Part shown: positions 1 through 10,694 of the stretch, one piece after another
Layout: every line of letters begins with the position of its first letter
Numbering within the stretch: the first letter of the stretch is position 1
Assembly: GCA_944392135.1 (NCBI GenBank)
Contig: CALXVQ010000004.1
Location: 52,604 to 116,603 of the forward strand
DNA length: 64,000 nucleotides
Direction: 5' to 3'
Origin: an uncultured Rickettsiales bacterium
GTDB lineage: Bacteria; Pseudomonadota; Alphaproteobacteria; Rickettsiales; UBA1997
Position numbers and translations under genes: made by a program
Notes under the pieces: generated by a model
Databases searched by the model: none
Told to the model about the DNA's origin: nothing
What the model saw: the letters and a program-made list of their open reading frames with translations, nothing else

Positions 1-543
1 ATCAATAGACTGCTCGTTTCCACTTAATACGATTTGTCCTACTGTGTTATCATTGGCAACTTGGCAAACTTCACCATCTAATTTGCTTTTGCTTGCAACT
101 TCTTCTGCTTGTTCTACTGTGGCACCAACTAATGCAACCATAGCACCTTTGCTTTTTTTACCAGCTTCTGCAAAACTTTCACCTCTAATTTTTAATAATT
201 TAGCAGTATCAGAAAGTGTTAAAGCTTCACTAGCACATAAAGCAGAATATTCACCTAATGAATGTCCGGCAACATATTTACATAATTCATTTATATTTTT
301 ACCAGTTTCTTTTTCTAAAACTTTTAAAATAGCTATTGAAACACACATAAGAGCAGGTTGCGTATTCTCTGTTTGCATTAATAAATCTTGTGGGCCTTCA
401 AACATTATTTTTGCTAAATCTTTTTTTAAAGCCTCATTTACTGTTTCAAAAACATTTTTTGCCACTTCAAAATTATCATAAAATTCCTTACCCATTCCAA
501 CAACTTGTGAACCTTGGCCAGGAAAAACAAATGCTTTACTCAT
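1..543 (-). CDS. fabD: malonyl-CoA:ACP transacylase FabD, N-terminal ~180 codons (3' end runs off the window edge)
   Basis: Absent from the ORF track because it is open at the window edge. Minus-strand translation from the ATG (complement of 541-543) reads MSKAFVFPGQGSQVVGMGKEF... and contains the nucleophile elbow AGHSLGEYSA. Confidence 0.85.
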   Translation of the reverse strand, partial: MSKAFVFPGQGSQVVGMGKEFYDNFEVAKNVFETVNEALKKDLAKIMFEGPQDLLMQTENTQPALMCVSIAILKVLEKETGKNINELCKYVAGHSLGEYSALCASEALTLSDTAKLLKIRGESFAEAGKKSKGAMVALVGATVEQAEEVASKSKLDGEVCQVANDNTVGQIVLSGNEQSID

Positions 544-568
544 ATTTTTTTATAGTTATTAATAAAAA

Positions 569-1159
569 TTATTTTAGATTATTAAAAAATTTATCTTTTA
601 ATTCTTTTGGTTCAATTAAATCAATATATAGTGTACCTTTTAGATGATCTAGTTCATGTTGTATGCAGTGTGCAAATAGTTTGTCTGCATGAACTTCTTT
701 TTCTTGCATACTAAAATCTTGATATTTTAATTTTACCTCCATACTTCTTAAAACTCCACCTTCCTGTTTTTTTGCATAGTCATCAAGCTCATTAAATAGT
801 TCTTCACTAGCTTTTACTGATAAACAACCTTCGGATTTGTATTCTTTTTCTGCTGAATGCCAAATAATTGCAGGATTTATAAGAACCATTGGACTATTTT
901 TATCTTTTGTTGTGTCCATAACAACTAAATTTAATTGCTTACCAATTTGTGGAGCTGCTAAACCTATACCATTAGTAAGATACATTGTATTTAGCATATC
1001 ATATACTAATTTTTTTATTTCATCATCGCAAGTGTTGATAGGTTTAGAAATTTGTCTTAATCTTTCATCTGGAAATTTGACTACTTCTAATAAATCAGCT
1101 TTTTGAATCAAAAACTCGTTTATATTTTTATCAATTTTAGTCCTACTCCAAATTTTCAT
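569..1159 (-). CDS. def: peptide deformylase
   Basis: GIGLAAPQIG, EGCLS and QHELDH motifs. The tracked ORF runs to 1210, but the ATG at 1159 (MKIWSR...) gives a conventional N-terminus. Confidence 0.85.
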   Translation of the reverse strand: MKIWSRTKIDKNINEFLIQKADLLEVVKFPDERLRQISKPINTCDDEIKKLVYDMLNTMYLTNGIGLAAPQIGKQLNLVVMDTTKDKNSPMVLINPAIIWHSAEKEYKSEGCLSVKASEELFNELDDYAKKQEGGVLRSMEVKLKYQDFSMQEKEVHADKLFAHCIQHELDHLKGTLYIDLIEPKELKDKFFNNLK

Positions 1160-1225
1160 ATGTTTTAATTTTTTTTTAGTAAAAAATATGTGGCTATTTT
1201 TTATAACCACATATTTGATTTAAAA

Positions 1226-1975
1226 TTATTTACTTAATTTACTATTTAATGTATCAGCATCAACAGCACCTGGAATTAATTCACCATTAACTATAAATGC
1301 AGGTGTACCATTAATACCAACTTTTTGAGCTAAATCTAAATTAGCATCAATAGCTTCGTCTATATCTTTTTTGTTTTCTTCCATATATTTTTTAACCTTT
1401 TTAGCATTTAAACCAATGGAATCAATAACATTATTAATACTTTCTTCGCTTCTAGCTGAACCTTCCATTAAACTTTTGTAATATTCTGGATATTTTGCAG
1501 GTTCCATCATGATAATAGCCATACCCATTTCGCTAGCATATTTTGAAGAATCACCTAAAATAGGAATTGATTTCAAAATAACTTTAACATCTGATCTTTT
1601 TTCCAATAATTCATTTACACTTTTAGCAGCTAATTTGCAATAACCACAATTGTAATCATAGAATTCAATAATTTCTATTGTACCTTCTGGGTTAAGAACA
1701 CCAGCATACTTTGTATCTTTTAATTCTTTTTCATATTTTTTAATATTTTCAGCATTTTTAGCTTTTTCTTGCTCTAAATATTCTTGTTGTTGTTTTAAAG
1801 CATATTTATTAACAGAATCTAAAATTGCTTGTGGATTTTCGTCAATCCATTTTGCGATTTCATTGCCAGCCGTTTTTGATGAATAAAGCTTTGCAATAAC
1901 CAATATATCTATTAAAAATAATAGAACTATTGAAATAATAACAAGCTTATTCTTTTGTTCGTTATTTAATTGCAT
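1226..1975 (-). CDS. DsbA/Com1-like periplasmic thiol:disulfide oxidoreductase
   Basis: N-terminal membrane anchor, thioredoxin-fold active site FYDYNCGYCK, C-terminal GINGTPAFIVNG. Confidence 0.75.
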   Translation of the reverse strand: MQLNNEQKNKLVIISIVLLFLIDILVIAKLYSSKTAGNEIAKWIDENPQAILDSVNKYALKQQQEYLEQEKAKNAENIKKYEKELKDTKYAGVLNPEGTIEIIEFYDYNCGYCKLAAKSVNELLEKRSDVKVILKSIPILGDSSKYASEMGMAIIMMEPAKYPEYYKSLMEGSARSEESINNVIDSIGLNAKKVKKYMEENKKDIDEAIDANLDLAQKVGINGTPAFIVNGELIPGAVDADTLNSKLSK

Positions 1976-2126
1976 ATATTTTTCTCTTTAAAATTAATCA
2001 CAAATTCAAGTATAATTTTATAATTATTTTTTGCAAGTAAAATTTAAATATAAATAAAAATAAAGTTATTATTGACAATAATATTATGTTTTATAATATT
2101 AGCTTTGATAAAAAATATTTTTTTGT

Positions 2127-2900
2127 ATGATAATAATTTGTTGGGATTATGATGGAACATTAGTAAGTTCCGAATTTGTTTATAAAAATATATTTATGAA
2201 TTATCTTACTAATGTTGGTGCAGTTAAACAAAATATAACAGATGAATATTATTTTAATCAATATTCTGGACGACATCCAATCAATGTAATAAAAGATTTA
2301 CAAAAAAAAGGTTATGTAGATTCTAATATTAGTTTATCAGTTGATGAATGGGATAAAATTTTTCAAGATGAAATTAAAAATGAAGATGATTTAATTTTAA
2401 GTAAAAATATTATAAATATTTTATCAAAATTATCTCAATGTAAAAATGTTTATATGGCAATTGCAACATCAACACACAAAAAAGATTACGAGATTAAAAG
2501 CACATGTAAATCAGTTAAAGAATTAAAAAAATTTTTTGATATAGATAAAAATGTTTATGTGGCTGGTGATGTTGGTAATAAAAAATTAAAACCAGATCCC
2601 AATGTTTATCTATATGCATATAATGATATTTTAGAAAAAAATAATATTAAAGACAAAAATAATATTTTTGTTATGATAGAAGATTCTGAATCTGGTTGTA
2701 AGTCAGCTTATGAAGCTAAAAAAATATTAGAAAAAGAAAATAATAATCTAAAATCATATGCCATCGGTTATTTAGCTACAAATAAGTATTCCTCTGGGGA
2801 TGGTTTAAAAGCTAATGGCGCTGATATGATTATATATAAACCCGAAGATTTAGAAGAATTTTTGTTAAATTTAGTTAAAGACGATAAAAAAATTATTTAA
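2127..2900 (+). CDS. HAD-superfamily hydrolase (subfamily IA, phosphatase/beta-phosphoglucomutase-like)
   Basis: HAD motifs I WDYDGTL, II IATST, III KPDP and IV IEDSESG in canonical order. Confidence 0.7.
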   Translation: MIIICWDYDGTLVSSEFVYKNIFMNYLTNVGAVKQNITDEYYFNQYSGRHPINVIKDLQKKGYVDSNISLSVDEWDKIFQDEIKNEDDLILSKNIINILSKLSQCKNVYMAIATSTHKKDYEIKSTCKSVKELKKFFDIDKNVYVAGDVGNKKLKPDPNVYLYAYNDILEKNNIKDKNNIFVMIEDSESGCKSAYEAKKILEKENNNLKSYAIGYLATNKYSSGDGLKANGADMIIYKPEDLEEFLLNLVKDDKKII

Positions 2901-3603
2901 GTTTAATATATTTTTCCCACATGTCGGGTCGTCTTTTTCTTGTAATTTTTTCAGATTCTTGTAATTTCCATTTTTCTATTTTTTGATGATTTCCAGAAAG
3001 TAATATTTCTGGAACTTTTCTGTTTCTCCATTCTCTTGGCTGTGTATATAAAGGATATTCTAGTAAATAATCGTATTTTGAATTTTGAATACCACCAAAA
3101 CTTTCACTGTTAATAGATTCAAAATCGCCTAATACACCTTCAATGCATCTTACACAACAATCTATTAAAGTTAATGCTGGCAATTCGCCACCCGTTAAAA
3201 CAAAATCACCAATAGATATTTCTTCTATATTGTATTCGTCAATTACTCTTTGATCTATACCTTCGTATCTTCCACATATTATAGCAATATTATCATATTG
3301 CAAAATATCATTTACTTTTTTTTGATTAAAAACTTGCCCCCTTGGGGACATGTAATATATTTTTGTATTGTTTAAATTACAATTAGCATCAATAGCATCA
3401 GCAATCACTTCTGGATTAATAATCATACCACATCCACCACCAAATGGTGTGTCATCAACTTTTTTATGTCTTTCTTTTGAATAATCCCTGATGTTAATTA
3501 CTTCATAACTCCATAATTTATTTTTTAGTCCCCTTCCTAATATGGAAGAAGTTAAATAAGAATCAAACATTTCTGGAAATAAAGTAAATATTTTAAAATG
3601 CAT
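2893..3603 (-). CDS. trmD: tRNA (guanine37-N1)-methyltransferase
   Basis: Full-length TrmD-like sequence (FTLFPEMF, GRYEGIDQRV, SIGDFVLTGGELPA). Confidence 0.9.
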   Translation of the reverse strand: MHFKIFTLFPEMFDSYLTSSILGRGLKNKLWSYEVINIRDYSKERHKKVDDTPFGGGCGMIINPEVIADAIDANCNLNNTKIYYMSPRGQVFNQKKVNDILQYDNIAIICGRYEGIDQRVIDEYNIEEISIGDFVLTGGELPALTLIDCCVRCIEGVLGDFESINSESFGGIQNSKYDYLLEYPLYTQPREWRNRKVPEILLSGNHQKIEKWKLQESEKITRKRRPDMWEKYIKLK

Positions 3604-3746
3604 AAAAAATAAAAAAATAATATAAGATAACTTTAAGAAAAATAATTAAAATTGCAAGATTATATAATAATTAATTTAATATTTGATTTTTAAAAAAAGT
3701 CCTTTATATTTTCCAAGTAAATTATTTTATTAATAAAAAGTTTTAT

Positions 3747-3974
3747 ATGTCAAAAGAAGATTTAATTGTGATGAATGGTACAGTTGTTGAGGTATTGCCA
3801 AATACAATATTCAAAGTAGAATTAGAAGAAATGAATAAATCAATAATTATTGCACATGCATCTGGAAAAATTAGAAAAAATAAAATTAAAATTTTAAAAG
3901 GTGATAGAGTTGAAGTTGAAATGACACCTTATGACTTAACAAAAGGTAGAATTACTTTAAGATATAAAAAATAA
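3747..3974 (+). CDS. infA: translation initiation factor IF-1
   Basis: 75-aa S1-fold protein, [17 protein letters not shown]...[18 protein letters not shown]. Confidence 0.9.
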   Translation: MSKEDLIVMNGTVVEVLPNTIFKVELEEMNKSIIIAHASGKIRKNKIKILKGDRVEVEMTPYDLTKGRITLRYKK

Positions 3975-3976
3975 GA

Positions 3977-4558
3977 TTGAAAATGTTTAAATTTATACTT
4001 GGTTCAGGCTCGCAAGTAAGATTAGAATTACTAAAAAATATAAATTTTAAACCTGATATTATAGAACCAGCAGATATTGATGAAACACCATTAAAGAAAG
4101 AAAAACCAGTTGACTATGTTAAAAGAATGGCAAAATCAAAAGCTTATGCTTTACATTCTAAATATTTTGGCAATGTAATATTGTGTGCTGATACAATAGC
4201 AAGTACCGAATCAAGAATAATTCAAAAACCAAGAGATGATGATGAAATTAGAGAAATGCTAAAATTCTATTCTAATAGAAAAATCAAAACAATTACATCT
4301 GTTTTTATGATTACAGCAGATAATAAAGAAGTTCAAAAAACAGTTGAAACAAAAATTAAATTCAAGCATTTAAGTCAAAGAGATATTGAAGAATATGTTG
4401 ATGGTGGATATGGTAGGGGTAAAGCTGGTGGTTTAGCAATAGAATCATTAGCTGATTCATTTGTAATTAAAATCATTGGTAGTTATTCCAATATAATGGG
4501 GTTGCCACTCTATGAAACCAGAAATATGTTAATTTCTGCTGGTGTAAAAAATAATTAA
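3977..4558 (+). CDS. maf: Maf-like nucleoside triphosphate pyrophosphatase
   Basis: ILGSGSQVRLELL N-terminus, CADT, GKAGGLAIE, typical Maf length. Confidence 0.8.
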   Translation: MKMFKFILGSGSQVRLELLKNINFKPDIIEPADIDETPLKKEKPVDYVKRMAKSKAYALHSKYFGNVILCADTIASTESRIIQKPRDDDEIREMLKFYSNRKIKTITSVFMITADNKEVQKTVETKIKFKHLSQRDIEEYVDGGYGRGKAGGLAIESLADSFVIKIIGSYSNIMGLPLYETRNMLISAGVKNN

Positions 4559-4635
4559 AATTTATTTAAGTAGATTTTTTATTTTTTATTTTTTATATTT
4601 TATGTATAAAAAATATCGTAATATTAGTATATAAA

Positions 4636-6102
4636 ATGCAAGAAGAAGAAAATAAAAATACATTAGAAAGACCTAAACTGTTTAATGTTGAAGCTGAACA
4701 AATAATATTAGGGGCTATTATTTTAAATAATGATTATTTAGGAAAAGTTAATGATATTTTAAAAAGTGAAAGTTTTTATGAACCAGCACATCAAAAAATT
4801 TATCAATATATTATTCAAACAACACTTAGAAGCAACATAGTTGCTGATAGTGTTACATTAAAATTATTTTTTGATAATGATGAAATAATCAAAACACTTG
4901 GTGGAAGTAATTATTTATCTGTACTTTTAAATATGGGAACAGGTATTATTGATATTGTTGATTATGCTACAATTATTAAAGATTTAGCTTTAAAAAGACA
5001 ATTAGTTGAAATTGGTGAAGAAATAGTAAATAATTCTTATAAAAATAGTTCTTCTTATACAGCACAAACACTTATAGAAGAGGCGGAAGGCGAATTATTT
5101 AATTTAAGTTATTTAGGTGATAATACAAAAAGTTTTACAGATATTAGCAATTCATTAGCTGAAACAGTTAGTAAAATTAGTTTAGCTATTGAAAGGGATG
5201 GAAATATTAGCGGTATTCCATCTAGTTATATGGATATGGATAGATTGCTTGGTGGTTTTCAAGCTGGTGATTTAATTATTCTTGCAGGTAGGCCATCTAT
5301 GGGTAAATCAGCTTTTGCAATTAATCTTGCATATAATGCTGCAAAATTTTTTAATGATGAATATAAAGAAGGTAGAGATAAGATTAAAAGATCTGTGGGC
5401 TTTTTCTCATTAGAAATGCCAGCCGATCAAATTGCTTCAAGAATTTTATCTAGGGAAACATGTATTAACGCTTCCAATTTTAGAACTGGTGAAATTGAAA
5501 AAGAAGATTTTGATAAAATAGTTGAAAAGTCTAATGAAATTTCTAGAATGCCATTTTATATTGATGATACACCAGCTTTATCAATTGCAGCTATTAGAAC
5601 TAGAATTAGAAGAATGGTTAGACAAAAAAATTTAGGTATGGTTTTTTTGGACTATTTGCAATTAGCACAAGGTACAACAGCACAATCTAAATCTAATAGG
5701 GTTTTAGAAATTGGTGAAATTACTATGGGTTTAAAAGCTATTGCAAAAGAGTTTGGTATTCCTGTTATAGCATTATCACAATTATCAAGAAGTGTGGAAC
5801 AAAGAGAAGATAAAAAGCCACAATTATCAGATTTAAGGGAATCGGGAACTATCGAACAAGATGCTGATATTGTTATGTTTATTTATAGAGAAGAATATTA
5901 TGAAGAAAGAAAAAAACCTATGGATGGTGATCCTAAAATGAATGAATGGATTGCGAGAATGGGTAAAATAAGAAATAAAACAGAAATTATTGTTGCAAAA
6001 CATAGAAACGGACCAATAGGTAATGTTGTACTTAGGTTTGATAGTGGTATTAGTAAATTTCAAGACTATGCAGGACATTATGATATTATTGATGAAAAAT
6101 AA
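4636..6102 (+). CDS. dnaB: replicative DNA helicase DnaB
   Basis: N-terminal EAEQIILGAII, Walker A GRPSMGKSAF, LSQLSR, ESGTIEQDADIV, AKHRNGP. Confidence 0.95.
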   Translation: MQEEENKNTLERPKLFNVEAEQIILGAIILNNDYLGKVNDILKSESFYEPAHQKIYQYIIQTTLRSNIVADSVTLKLFFDNDEIIKTLGGSNYLSVLLNMGTGIIDIVDYATIIKDLALKRQLVEIGEEIVNNSYKNSSSYTAQTLIEEAEGELFNLSYLGDNTKSFTDISNSLAETVSKISLAIERDGNISGIPSSYMDMDRLLGGFQAGDLIILAGRPSMGKSAFAINLAYNAAKFFNDEYKEGRDKIKRSVGFFSLEMPADQIASRILSRETCINASNFRTGEIEKEDFDKIVEKSNEISRMPFYIDDTPALSIAAIRTRIRRMVRQKNLGMVFLDYLQLAQGTTAQSKSNRVLEIGEITMGLKAIAKEFGIPVIALSQLSRSVEQREDKKPQLSDLRESGTIEQDADIVMFIYREEYYEERKKPMDGDPKMNEWIARMGKIRNKTEIIVAKHRNGPIGNVVLRFDSGISKFQDYAGHYDIIDEK

Positions 6103-6182
6103 TAAATAATAATTGTAAAATAAAATTTTTTATTTATTTTTTTATGTTGTTTTTTATATTATAGAATTTTGTTTTTTAGTAT

Positions 6183-8024
6183 ATGGAATATGATGTTATT
6201 GTTATAGGTGGTGGACATGCTGGTTTAGAAGCATCAACAGCTAGTGCTAGAATGGGTAAAAATACGGCACTTATAACATTTAGTAAGGAGAATATTGGTG
6301 AATTGTCTTGCAACCCATCAATTGGTGGAGTTGCAAAAGGTACTATTGTACGAGAAATTGATGCAATGGGTGGTGTTATGGGTATTTTGGCTGATAAAGC
6401 TGGTATTCAATTTAGAATTTTGAATGCTACAAAAGGTCCAGCAGTACATTCTCCAAGAACACAAATAGACAGAAAACTATATAAAAAATATGCACTTGAA
6501 TTAGTAAATAATTATAAAAATTTAACACTTATTGAGGGCGAAGTTGAAGATTTAATTATTGAAAATAGTGTTGTAAAGGGTGTTGTTTTAAATGGTGATA
6601 ACAAAATATATGCTAAAAAAGTAATTTTAACAACTGGTACATTTTTAAATGGTATGATTTTTATTGGCTTTGATAGTTATGAAGCTGGAAGAATTAACGA
6701 AAAACCATCTAAAAAACTTGCTGAAACAATTAGAAATATTGGTTTTGATGTAGCTAGATTAAAAACAGGTACACCTGCCAGAATCAAGAAAGATACAATA
6801 AATTATAAAGGGTTGGAAGTACAAAAAGCTGATGATGAACCTAAACCATTTTCTTATATTACTGAAAAAATTACAAATGAACAAATAGTTTGTCCTATCA
6901 CATATACAAATGCGGAAACTCACAAAATTATATTAGATAATATAAAAAGAAGTGCTTTATATGGTGGAAAAATTACTGGTAGGGGACCAAGATATTGTCC
7001 TTCAATAGAAGATAAATTAGTTAGATTTGCTGATAAAGATAGACATCAAATATTTTTAGAAGTTGAAGGGCTTGATAGTGACGTTGTGTATCCTAATGGT
7101 ATTTCTACATCTTTGCCAAGAGATGTACAAGATAAATTTATACACTCAATTAAAGGGTTAGAAAATTGCGAAATTCTTAGATATGCATATGCTATTGAAT
7201 ATGATTTTATTGACCCACGAGAATTATACCCAACATTAGAAACTAAAAAAATCAAAAATTTATATTTTGCAGGACAAATAAATGGAACAACTGGTTATGA
7301 AGAGGCTGGTGGGTTAGGTTTAGTTGCAGGAATTAATGCAGCATTGCCTGATGGTGAAGAATTTATATTAAATAGAAATGAGAGCTTTATTGGTGTTATG
7401 ATTGATGATTTAACAACACTAGGAACTAATGAGCCTTATAGAATGTTTACATCAAGAGCAGAATATAGATTAAATATTAGAGCTGATAATGCTGATTTAA
7501 GACTTACAGAAAAAGCTATAAAACTAGGTTTAATTTCAAAAGAAAGAGAAGAAAAATTTTTATCTAGAAAAAATGCAATAGAACAGGGTATAGAATTATT
7601 AAGTTCATTAACTATTACACCTAATGAATTATTAAAATATGATATATCTATAAAACAAGATGGAAATAGAAGAAGCGCTTTTGAATTATTAGGTTTTCCT
7701 AATATTACTATGGAACAATTATTAAATGTATGGCCTGAAATTTCTAATATAAAACCAGAAATTAGAGAACAAATAGCAATAGAAGGTATGTATAAACCAT
7801 ATATTGAAAGATCGTTAAAAAATATTGAATTATTTAAGAAAGAAGAAGAATTAAGAATACCAAAAGATTTTGATTATAATTCTATTGGTAGTTTATCTAA
7901 TGAAGTAAAAGAAAAATTTAATAAATATAGGCCTTTTACAATTAGTTCAGCTTCAAAAATACCTGGTATTACACAAGCTAGTGTTATGGCTTTATTAATT
8001 GCTATTAAAAGTAAACAGAATTAA
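6183..8024 (+). CDS. mnmG: tRNA uridine 5-carboxymethylaminomethyl modification enzyme MnmG (GidA)
   Basis: FAD-binding [40 protein letters not shown]. Confidence 0.95.
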   Translation: MEYDVIVIGGGHAGLEASTASARMGKNTALITFSKENIGELSCNPSIGGVAKGTIVREIDAMGGVMGILADKAGIQFRILNATKGPAVHSPRTQIDRKLYKKYALELVNNYKNLTLIEGEVEDLIIENSVVKGVVLNGDNKIYAKKVILTTGTFLNGMIFIGFDSYEAGRINEKPSKKLAETIRNIGFDVARLKTGTPARIKKDTINYKGLEVQKADDEPKPFSYITEKITNEQIVCPITYTNAETHKIILDNIKRSALYGGKITGRGPRYCPSIEDKLVRFADKDRHQIFLEVEGLDSDVVYPNGISTSLPRDVQDKFIHSIKGLENCEILRYAYAIEYDFIDPRELYPTLETKKIKNLYFAGQINGTTGYEEAGGLGLVAGINAALPDGEEFILNRNESFIGVMIDDLTTLGTNEPYRMFTSRAEYRLNIRADNADLRLTEKAIKLGLISKEREEKFLSRKNAIEQGIELLSSLTITPNELLKYDISIKQDGNRRSAFELLGFPNITMEQLLNVWPEISNIKPEIREQIAIEGMYKPYIERSLKNIELFKKEEELRIPKDFDYNSIGSLSNEVKEKFNKYRPFTISSASKIPGITQASVMALLIAIKSKQN

Positions 8025-9331
8025 AATTCATCATATATTTTTAGAGTGATTTGAACATTTAAGCCACCCATAGATTTAGATTTATTAAAATTTAATTCAC
8101 CATTGTTTGCAAGTACAATATCTTTTGCTATGGATAGTCCAAGACCAACTCCTTTTTTATCAATATTTCTAGATTTATCAGTTTTAAAAAATGGTTCACA
8201 TAATTTATCAAGAAATTTTTTTTCAACACCTGGGCCATTGTCATCTATATGAATCATAATTTTTTTATTAGATGTTCTAATTAATTTAATTCTAGCTTTA
8301 TCTCCAAATTTTAATGCATTATCCATAATATTTTGTAGAACTCTTTTAAAAGCTAATGGCTGTATAAAAACTAATTCATTTTCATCTATATTTTTTGTTC
8401 TAAATATTATATTTTTATTTACTTTTTTATATTCTCTAATGAATTTATTTAAATAGTTATATATATTTATAATAGCCTTATCTTCGTTATTAATACTTTT
8501 TGTAAAAGATAAGTATTGATTTATAATACTCTCCATGAAATTAATATCTTCTTCTAAAAATTCTTTTGATGAATCTTCCATCATTTCTAATTCTAATTTC
8601 ATTCTTGTTAATGGAGTTCTCAAATCGTGTGAAATGCTAGCAAGCATCATTGTTCTTTGATTGATAAATTTTTTAAGTCTTTTTTCCATATCAATAAATG
8701 ACACACTAAGTTCTCTAATTTCTTTTGCTCCACTAGGTTTAAATTTTGATATTTTTTGATTTAAAGAAAAGTTTGCAATATGTTTTTTTAATAATTTTAT
8801 AGGTCTTAATTGATTTTTCATAAAAATAATAGCAATAATTACTGTTAATATTGAAATTGCAATATTCCACATAACAAAAATTCTAGCTGTTTTTATTATT
8901 AATTCTTTTTTGTTTACATGAAGTTCTAATATGCCATTTTTCTTTTGAAATGATATAATAAAATCATCTTTATTTTCCTTTACTGATAATGGTTCATCAA
9001 TTAAATCTAGTAAACTACTAATAAAAAATTGCTGTTGATCAAAAAATAAAAAATTACTTGTTTTTTTGATAATATCTTTACTTTTAAGCTTTTGATTTTT
9101 TTTGAAATATACTTTTAGATTTTCGTTATCAATATTATCTAAATCTTTATAATTTTTGTTTATAAAAACTATATTTTGAATGGTAGCATTAGATAATCTT
9201 TTTATAACATTTTGTAAGTGTGTTTGATAAAAAACATATGTAGAAACAACCTGTACTATAAATACAGGCAAAACTATAATTAAAATAAATCTATAAAATA
9301 ATCTTTTAGGAAAATATTTTTTAATTTTCAT
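8021..9331 (-). CDS. EnvZ-type sensor histidine kinase (two TM segments, HAMP, HisKA, HATPase)
   Basis: H-box [10 protein letters not shown]-box [18 protein letters not shown]. No response regulator gene is adjacent. Confidence 0.85.
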   Translation of the reverse strand: MKIKKYFPKRLFYRFILIIVLPVFIVQVVSTYVFYQTHLQNVIKRLSNATIQNIVFINKNYKDLDNIDNENLKVYFKKNQKLKSKDIIKKTSNFLFFDQQQFFISSLLDLIDEPLSVKENKDDFIISFQKKNGILELHVNKKELIIKTARIFVMWNIAISILTVIIAIIFMKNQLRPIKLLKKHIANFSLNQKISKFKPSGAKEIRELSVSFIDMEKRLKKFINQRTMMLASISHDLRTPLTRMKLELEMMEDSSKEFLEEDINFMESIINQYLSFTKSINNEDKAIINIYNYLNKFIREYKKVNKNIIFRTKNIDENELVFIQPLAFKRVLQNIMDNALKFGDKARIKLIRTSNKKIMIHIDDNGPGVEKKFLDKLCEPFFKTDKSRNIDKKGVGLGLSIAKDIVLANNGELNFNKSKSMGGLNVQITLKIYDEF

Positions 9332-9332
9332 A

Positions 9333-9863
9333 TTATTTTTGTTTTTTATTTTTTATATAAATTACTAAATCTTTTAGTATAATTAAGCCAATACCTATAC
9401 ATATTAAAGAATCTGCTAGATTAAATGCAGGCCAGTGATATTGTCCTAAATGAAAGTCTAAAAAATCAAAAACTCCACCATATGTAATTCTATCATATAA
9501 ATTACCAAAGCCACCAGCTACGATTAATGAATATATATAAATATCATAATTATTGTTGCTTTTATAAATTAAATAAATGATATAAAGTACTATTAATAAT
9601 GTAATGATTGATAAAACTATTTGCCCATATTGAATATTATTAAACATGCCAAAACTAACTCCGTAATTTATAACTTTTACTATATTAAAATAATTATTAA
9701 TTCTAATATAATTATGTACCCCGGCTGTCTTTTCAATAATATTGTCAACTTTTTCGAAGGCTAATCTTTTTGTGTAAATATCTAATGCAAATAAGATTAA
9801 AATAAGCAAAAGTGCAAAAACTAATGTTTTTTTACTTTTCAATAACTCAATAATTTTATTCAT
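9333..9863 (-). CDS. lspA: lipoprotein signal peptidase II
   Basis: Four TM segments, GGFGNLYDR, WPAFNLADS motifs. The stop is 1 nt upstream of the kinase start. Confidence 0.85.
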   Translation of the reverse strand: MNKIIELLKSKKTLVFALLLILILFALDIYTKRLAFEKVDNIIEKTAGVHNYIRINNYFNIVKVINYGVSFGMFNNIQYGQIVLSIITLLIVLYIIYLIYKSNNNYDIYIYSLIVAGGFGNLYDRITYGGVFDFLDFHLGQYHWPAFNLADSLICIGIGLIILKDLVIYIKNKKQK

Positions 9864-9993
9864 ATATAAAATTTTATTTGTATATTAGAATATTAAAACT
9901 TTAAAATTATATATCAAATTTTTTATTTTATTTTAAATAATTGACATTTTAAATATGAATTTTTACTTTTCACATAATAATGTATACTTTTTT

Positions 9994-10672
9994 ATGAACT
10001 GCAAAAAATATAGCGATAATTTTTTGGGCTTTTCTTTGATTGAGTTGTCAATTGTTTTAATTGTAATTGGCTTACTAGTTTCCGGTATAATAGGTGGAGA
10101 AAGTCTTATTCGTAATGCAAAGTAAAGATCGTTTATTAGTGAATTGAGAGAATATAAAACTGCTATGAATACCTTTTATAGTTTAAGGGAACGATTGCCT
10201 AGTGATGCTAATAATGATGGAAGAATTGGTTAATATTCAGGCGATAACTATAATGGCTATTTTTCAGCACCATATGATGGCACTAAATATAGTGTTCTAA
10301 ACTATTTTACAGCTCCATTTGTTGATTTATATTTAAATGGAATTATAGACTTTAAACCTGAATATAAAAATAATAATCAACAAGATGGGTTACCAACATC
10401 TAATGCACTAAAAAATGATTCAATGTATTATTTTGTTGATTTATATAAACCAATTGAGGAATATTATATACAAGATATTAGAAATAATATATTAGTATTA
10501 TCTTTTGCAAATTCCTCCACTAGATATTATCCAAAAATTTGTTAGTGAAATAGATCATAAAATAGATAATAATAATCCTAGTTCTGGTTTATTTAGAGTA
10601 AAATTTGAAGATAAACCAGCTTATTATAACAACTATGATATTATACCAGCTAATAAAAAATTAGATTCATGA
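9994..10672 (+). pseudogene. decayed type IV pilin / pseudopilin gene (paralog of 57596..58324)
   Basis: ATG 9994 gives MNCKKYSDNFLG|FSLIELSIVLIVIGLLVSGIIGGESLIRNAK (prepilin cleavage/methylation motif). In-frame TAA stops follow at 10123 and 10231, and a frameshift is needed near 10500-10530 to recover ...LDIIQKFVSEIDHKID.... Several blocks align to the intact pilin (LPSDANNDGRIG vs LPGDINNNDCIG, APFVDLYL vs GPFVDLYL). Confidence 0.85.
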
Positions 10673-10694
10673 TTTATACTATTATGCAATAAAA

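Noticed and set aside
44-647. Plus-strand ORFs 44..481 and 390..647
   Set aside because: They are antisense to the clearly recognisable fabD (GHSLGE motif) and to the def 3' end. They are low-complexity translations typical of antisense frames in AT-rich DNA.
2068-2100. TTGACA ... TATAAT upstream of the HAD hydrolase gene
   Set aside because: The spacer is only 14 nt. In DNA this AT-rich such hexamers occur by chance, so it is not reported as a promoter.
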